In this document: positions 60,950-64,000 of the stretch, piece after piece
How positions within the stretch are numbered: the stretch's first letter is position 1
How the letters are laid out: each line of letters starts with the position of its first letter
Program-made: the position numbers and the translations under genes
Origin: Lysobacteraceae bacterium
GTDB taxonomy: Bacteria; Bdellovibrionota; UBA1018; JAGTJX01
Assembly (NCBI GenBank): GCA_023657465.1
Contig: JAGTJX010000003.1
Coordinates: 674,830 to 738,829 of the forward strand
Direction of reading: 5' to 3'
DNA length: 64,000 bases
Notes under the pieces: generated by a model
Databases searched by the model: none
What the model was told of the DNA's origin: nothing
What the model saw: the letters and a program-made list of their open reading frames with translations, nothing else

Positions 60950-61360
60950 ATGAAAAAACTAATACTGACTATCGGATTACTGGTCTCTTCTTCAGTTTTT
61001 GCTCAACAAAAAGATGTCCTTAAGGAGTTAGACTTACAAGGATTGCTTTGTAATCAAGAGAAATTGACTCTTCAAGATGCTGTTGATGAAAAGGCTAGCC
61101 AACTTGCTAATGTCGCTTTAGAAGGTTGTATTGAGAAAGCTAAACAAGCAATATCAGATAATTGTGAGACATCAATCAATCAGATCATCCGTGACAGGTT
61201 AGTTTGTACTAAAGAAGCTGAAGAACTTAAATTTGAATTATTCTACGTTCGAACAATGAATAGAGCAGCTCATAAAAATCTAATTGATAATAGCCGTGCT
61301 GATGCTGCTTCAAAAAATCTTGATGAATGTCTATTAAAAGTTTCTAAAGCCTGTAGCTGA
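60950..61360 (+). CDS. secreted Cys-containing helical protein (hypothetical)
   Basis: Signal peptide ending VFA-QQ. Six Cys. AT-rich codon usage. Confidence 0.5.
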   Translation: MKKLILTIGLLVSSSVFAQQKDVLKELDLQGLLCNQEKLTLQDAVDEKASQLANVALEGCIEKAKQAISDNCETSINQIIRDRLVCTKEAEELKFELFYVRTMNRAAHKNLIDNSRADAASKNLDECLLKVSKACS

Positions 61361-61409
61361 AAACCCTAGCTTACTAACTGTGACTTGATTTTAAACATAA
61401 AGAATTAAC

Positions 61410-61443
61410 GCGCAATATCTTGGTTAACCAAGAAATAGTGCGC
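61410..61443. promoter_or_regulatory. 34-nt imperfect palindrome (core CTTGGTTAACCAAG)
   Basis: GCGCAATATCTTGGTT / AACCAAGAAATAGTGCGC, 25 nt upstream of the next gene's AGGAGA ribosome-binding site. Confidence 0.4.
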
Positions 61444-61466
61444 CAAAAAAGGAGAAAGATAAAAAA

Positions 61467-61799
61467 ATGAAACTCATCACTACACTATCACTTCTACTTT
61501 CACTCTCCAGTTTGAGCGCTCATGCTCAAGACAAGCTCGACATCGACTGCGCAGAAGATGCGAAGAATGGAACGATCGCTCTAGACGAAGTGAACAACGG
61601 TGAAGGCAATCAGCAGTCCTACTCAGTAATCGAAATGAAAGACAAAGAGCATTCTGCTAAATTTGAAGTCACGATCTTCGATCCTCAGAGAACTTACTAC
61701 GTCGAACTCAGCAAAATCATAAAAGGTGCTGACGACAGCGGTTTCATCTATAAATGTGTGGTAGAGAAAATCAAACGCAAAAGAACTGGATCAGATTGA
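61467..61799 (+). CDS. small secreted protein (hypothetical)
   Basis: Signal peptide ending AHA-QD. 110 aa. Confidence 0.5.
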   Translation: MKLITTLSLLLSLSSLSAHAQDKLDIDCAEDAKNGTIALDEVNNGEGNQQSYSVIEMKDKEHSAKFEVTIFDPQRTYYVELSKIIKGADDSGFIYKCVVEKIKRKRTGSD

Positions 61800-61800
61800 T

Positions 61801-62175
61801 ATGAAATCATTATTACTATTAAGTTTAATCTGCCAATTGGAAGATTTGAGTACGATTCAGATTCATATTCACCACAAGAAACATAAATCATTAGATACTG
61901 TTGAATATTTTAAACCCAACTATCAAAACGAGTCGACTTTAGAAGCCACCTATAGCTCGGTCAATCCAAAACAAAGAAAAATTAAATACGGCCAAGACCA
62001 ACATCAACTTGTTTATGTGACAAAACTGCCAGACAATGGAAATCTTTCAGTATCAATGAACTTAGAATTAAATCTGGGTATAGGCTCAATTCGTTTACCA
62101 GGAGATGATGAGCAGTTTCAGTTTTTAAAAAACTGTCAGAAAATTGAAGCTCAAAAAGAATTAATAGGAGAATAA
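61801..62175 (+). CDS. hypothetical protein
   Basis: 124 aa. The ATG overlaps the upstream stop codon (TGATATG). Confidence 0.45.
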   Translation: MKSLLLLSLICQLEDLSTIQIHIHHKKHKSLDTVEYFKPNYQNESTLEATYSSVNPKQRKIKYGQDQHQLVYVTKLPDNGNLSVSMNLELNLGIGSIRLPGDDEQFQFLKNCQKIEAQKELIGE

Positions 62176-62181
62176 AATAAA

Positions 62182-62811
62182 ATGCTAAACACAAAATCTA
62201 TCCTACTCATCGCACTCAGCCTGATCCAACTCTCTACTGCACAAGCTGAACCTACAACTGAGGCCAGCATCGCTCTCCCTGAAGCACCTCGTGAAAGAAA
62301 CTTTTACTTAGGTGGATTAGTTGGTGCTCCTTACTCAACCAACACTGCAGCAACCACCGGCGGTCAACCTACTGGCTTCACCTATGGTGTAAACGCGGGC
62401 GCTCAGATCATGAAGAACTTAACCGCTGGTGCTTTTTACAATGAAAGTTTAGTTCTCGGCAACTCTGCTCTCATGCGTGCAGGTAAGCGCTACGGAATCG
62501 AAGCAGATTACTCACTCTCTGCATTCGAAACTTGGTCTGTAGCTCTTGGCTACCGTCTAGGTCTCGTTCAAGTGGTGGGCGTGACTCCTTTCTTCTCCGA
62601 AGGTTACGATATCCAAAGCATCGGCCACGGACCGAAGGTTTCTATGATGAGGAAGCTTTCTGAATCTTTCGCATTCGGCCTAGAGCTCTCATACTTCATG
62701 TACTCCAACCCACAAGCAGAAAGTGTTTCTCTCTTCGGAAACAAGGCTGGATCATCGATTGCTAACGCAGGTATCGTGGACGCTAATCTCTCATTCAGAT
62801 TCTTGCTCTAA
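62182..62811 (+). CDS. small outer-membrane beta-barrel protein (OmpA-like 8-strand type)
   Basis: Signal peptide ending AQA-EP, alternating strands, C-terminal FRFLL. Confidence 0.6.
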   Translation: MLNTKSILLIALSLIQLSTAQAEPTTEASIALPEAPRERNFYLGGLVGAPYSTNTAATTGGQPTGFTYGVNAGAQIMKNLTAGAFYNESLVLGNSALMRAGKRYGIEADYSLSAFETWSVALGYRLGLVQVVGVTPFFSEGYDIQSIGHGPKVSMMRKLSESFAFGLELSYFMYSNPQAESVSLFGNKAGSSIANAGIVDANLSFRFLL

Positions 62812-62836
62812 TCAATATCTTTTCGAGGATTTACAG

Positions 62837-63487
62837 ATGCTAAACAAGAGGCTAGTCATTCTGATAGCGATCACTCTTTTCCAAGTTGCTACTGCTAGAT
62901 CAGAAGAAGCAGTTCCTGAAACTGGAAGCCCTTCTGCAGCTCAAACTGAAACCGAAATCAAACCTCCAGAACTCCCGCGACATAGATTCATTTACTTAGG
63001 TGGTCTCATCGGTGTTCCCTATTCTACAAGCTCAGCTGTGAGTGGTAACAGCTGGGGAATAGGGTACGGAATTGCTGCAGGCGTGAGACCTGTGAATCTT
63101 TTCAGCGTCGGTGGTTTTTATAATGAGCAAGCGGCATTGAGTTTATTCGATGTGAATTCTGCCAAACGCTACGGAGTGGAAGCAGATATTTTCCTTCCTA
63201 CTTCGGACACATGGTCACTCTCTTTGGGATATCGTTACGGAGTGGCTTCTGCAGTTGGCGCCAGTCTCTTCCTGTACGGCAACAACTTTACTGGCACAGG
63301 TCACGGACCTAAGCTCTCGATGGTGAAACAAGTGACAGAGTTATTCGCGTTTGGTTTAGAGCTCGCCTATTTTACATTTATGAATCCGCAATACGATTCT
63401 GTTTCGATCTTAGGATCTTCAACAGGAAAGTCCATTCAGTATTTAAACGTATTTGATGCTAATTTTACTTTTAGATTCTATCTGTAA
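62837..63487 (+). CDS. paralogous small outer-membrane beta-barrel protein
   Basis: Same MLNK start and overall layout as the upstream gene, about 45% identical. The track ORF extends upstream to 62723. Confidence 0.6.
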   Translation: MLNKRLVILIAITLFQVATARSEEAVPETGSPSAAQTETEIKPPELPRHRFIYLGGLIGVPYSTSSAVSGNSWGIGYGIAAGVRPVNLFSVGGFYNEQAALSLFDVNSAKRYGVEADIFLPTSDTWSLSLGYRYGVASAVGASLFLYGNNFTGTGHGPKLSMVKQVTELFAFGLELAYFTFMNPQYDSVSILGSSTGKSIQYLNVFDANFTFRFYL

Positions 63488-64000
63488 CTAATAGACTCTG
63501 CTTCAATGCCTTGAGTGCATCTCTGAGTATCTGAGCTTCTGTCTCGCCAGTCATTCTCACTAGCTCAGCGAGAGTCTTGATATCATCTTGCATAAATCGA
63601 AACGTTTTGAGTTTTGCTGGATGAACATCCTTTCGGCCAATTTTTGCAATCCAATAGAGATACTTTTCTGGCTCTACACCTCGGAACTGAGTCTCTGCAA
63701 CGCCTCCTTTGATCTCATCAATCACCTTCTTTAAGTCCTGAGGCAGATCTTGAAGTGTGACAAAAAGATGCGGCAGTTTCAGTAAGATTGCAGGCAATAA
63801 CTCTAAAACCCTTGGCTCTACATTTTCACCTACCCAGAGAGCATCTTCCAGAAATGTAAGCCCTCTATATGGGAAAACATTTGGAACTAACATGAGTTTT
63901 TTATGAACCAATTTTCCTAATACTCTTTGTGTTCGAATATCAAAAAAAAGTTTCTCTCGCTTTAATGCATTTTGTTTTGCTCGTTGAATTAATTCTTTTT
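63471..64000 (-). CDS. protein with C-terminal ribbon-helix-helix-like motif, 5' partial
   Basis: The reading frame stays open to the window edge. The track starts it at a TTG at 63911. C-terminal sequence FRFMQDDIKTLAELVRMTGETEAQILRDALKAL. Confidence 0.45.
   Translation of the reverse strand, partial: KELIQRAKQNALKREKLFFDIRTQRVLGKLVHKKLMLVPNVFPYRGLTFLEDALWVGENVEPRVLELLPAILLKLPHLFVTLQDLPQDLKKVIDEIKGGVAETQFRGVEPEKYLYWIAKIGRKDVHPAKLKTFRFMQDDIKTLAELVRMTGETEAQILRDALKALKQSLLVTDRI

Larger units (their letters stand above)
58843..60950. mobile_element. intact two-gene IS-like element with imperfect ~30-bp terminal inverted repeats
   Basis: Right end AAAATAATTAGATAGCGTCCGAAAGTCCTTGG (58843-58874). 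Left end CCTAGGACTTCGGGACAGTTATAATAATTAT (60921-60950), which is its inverted near-match. The two ends enclose the accessory ORF and the 471-aa transposase. Confidence 0.55.

Noticed and set aside
1-64000. tRNA, rRNA, tmRNA and CRISPR arrays
   Set aside because: I found no T-arm GGTTCGAATCC-type motif, no rRNA-like segment and no spaced direct-repeat array by eye. A dedicated scan could still find a small RNA.

Overview
This is a 64 kb bacterial chromosomal segment with ordinary 1 kb/gene density, a mix of housekeeping and accessory genes, and no rRNA, tRNA or CRISPR array. Its gene content and style (SecDF-YajC, Tad/Flp parts, many secreted proteases and lipoproteins, several sigma-54 activators) suggest a Bdellovibrio-like deltaproteobacterium. 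That taxonomic placement is my inference.

Housekeeping genes I recognise with confidence:
- metK, the yajC-secD-secF-recJ block, tgt and queA.
- uvrC, mutS, mutY and a family-4 uracil-DNA glycosylase.
- pyruvate kinase.
- An MTA/SAH nucleosidase and a cell-wall amidase.

Accessory content:
- Two type II toxin-antitoxin pairs, one HigB/HigA-like and one BrnT/BrnA.
- Two diverged copies of a two-gene IS-like element, one decayed and one intact with imperfect terminal inverted repeats.
- A decayed histidine-kinase pseudogene.
- A Spy/CpxP/ZraP-like gene interrupted by an in-frame TAA.
- A run of competence-associated genes (cinA C-domain, nupG, comEC, comM), with a TfoX-like gene elsewhere.
- A minimal secretin plus CpaF-like ATPase pair, and a second, orphan CpaF.
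- Many secreted proteins, lipoproteins and outer-membrane beta-barrels.

The least-explained signals:
- A 20-nt motif, TTGTGGCRTGRATGTGGCAY, occurs three times: twice as a 22-bp inverted repeat between tgt and its divergent neighbour, and once upstream of uvrC.
- Sigma-54-type -24/-12 promoter matches sit directly upstream of the secretin operon, a Gly/Asn-rich lipoprotein, an AT-rich cluster of secreted proteins next to the IS, and a large coiled-coil gene.
- These sit in the same window as one intact sigma-54 activator with no sensor domain and one degenerate activator-like protein.

This is a set of separate leads rather than one demonstrated novel system.
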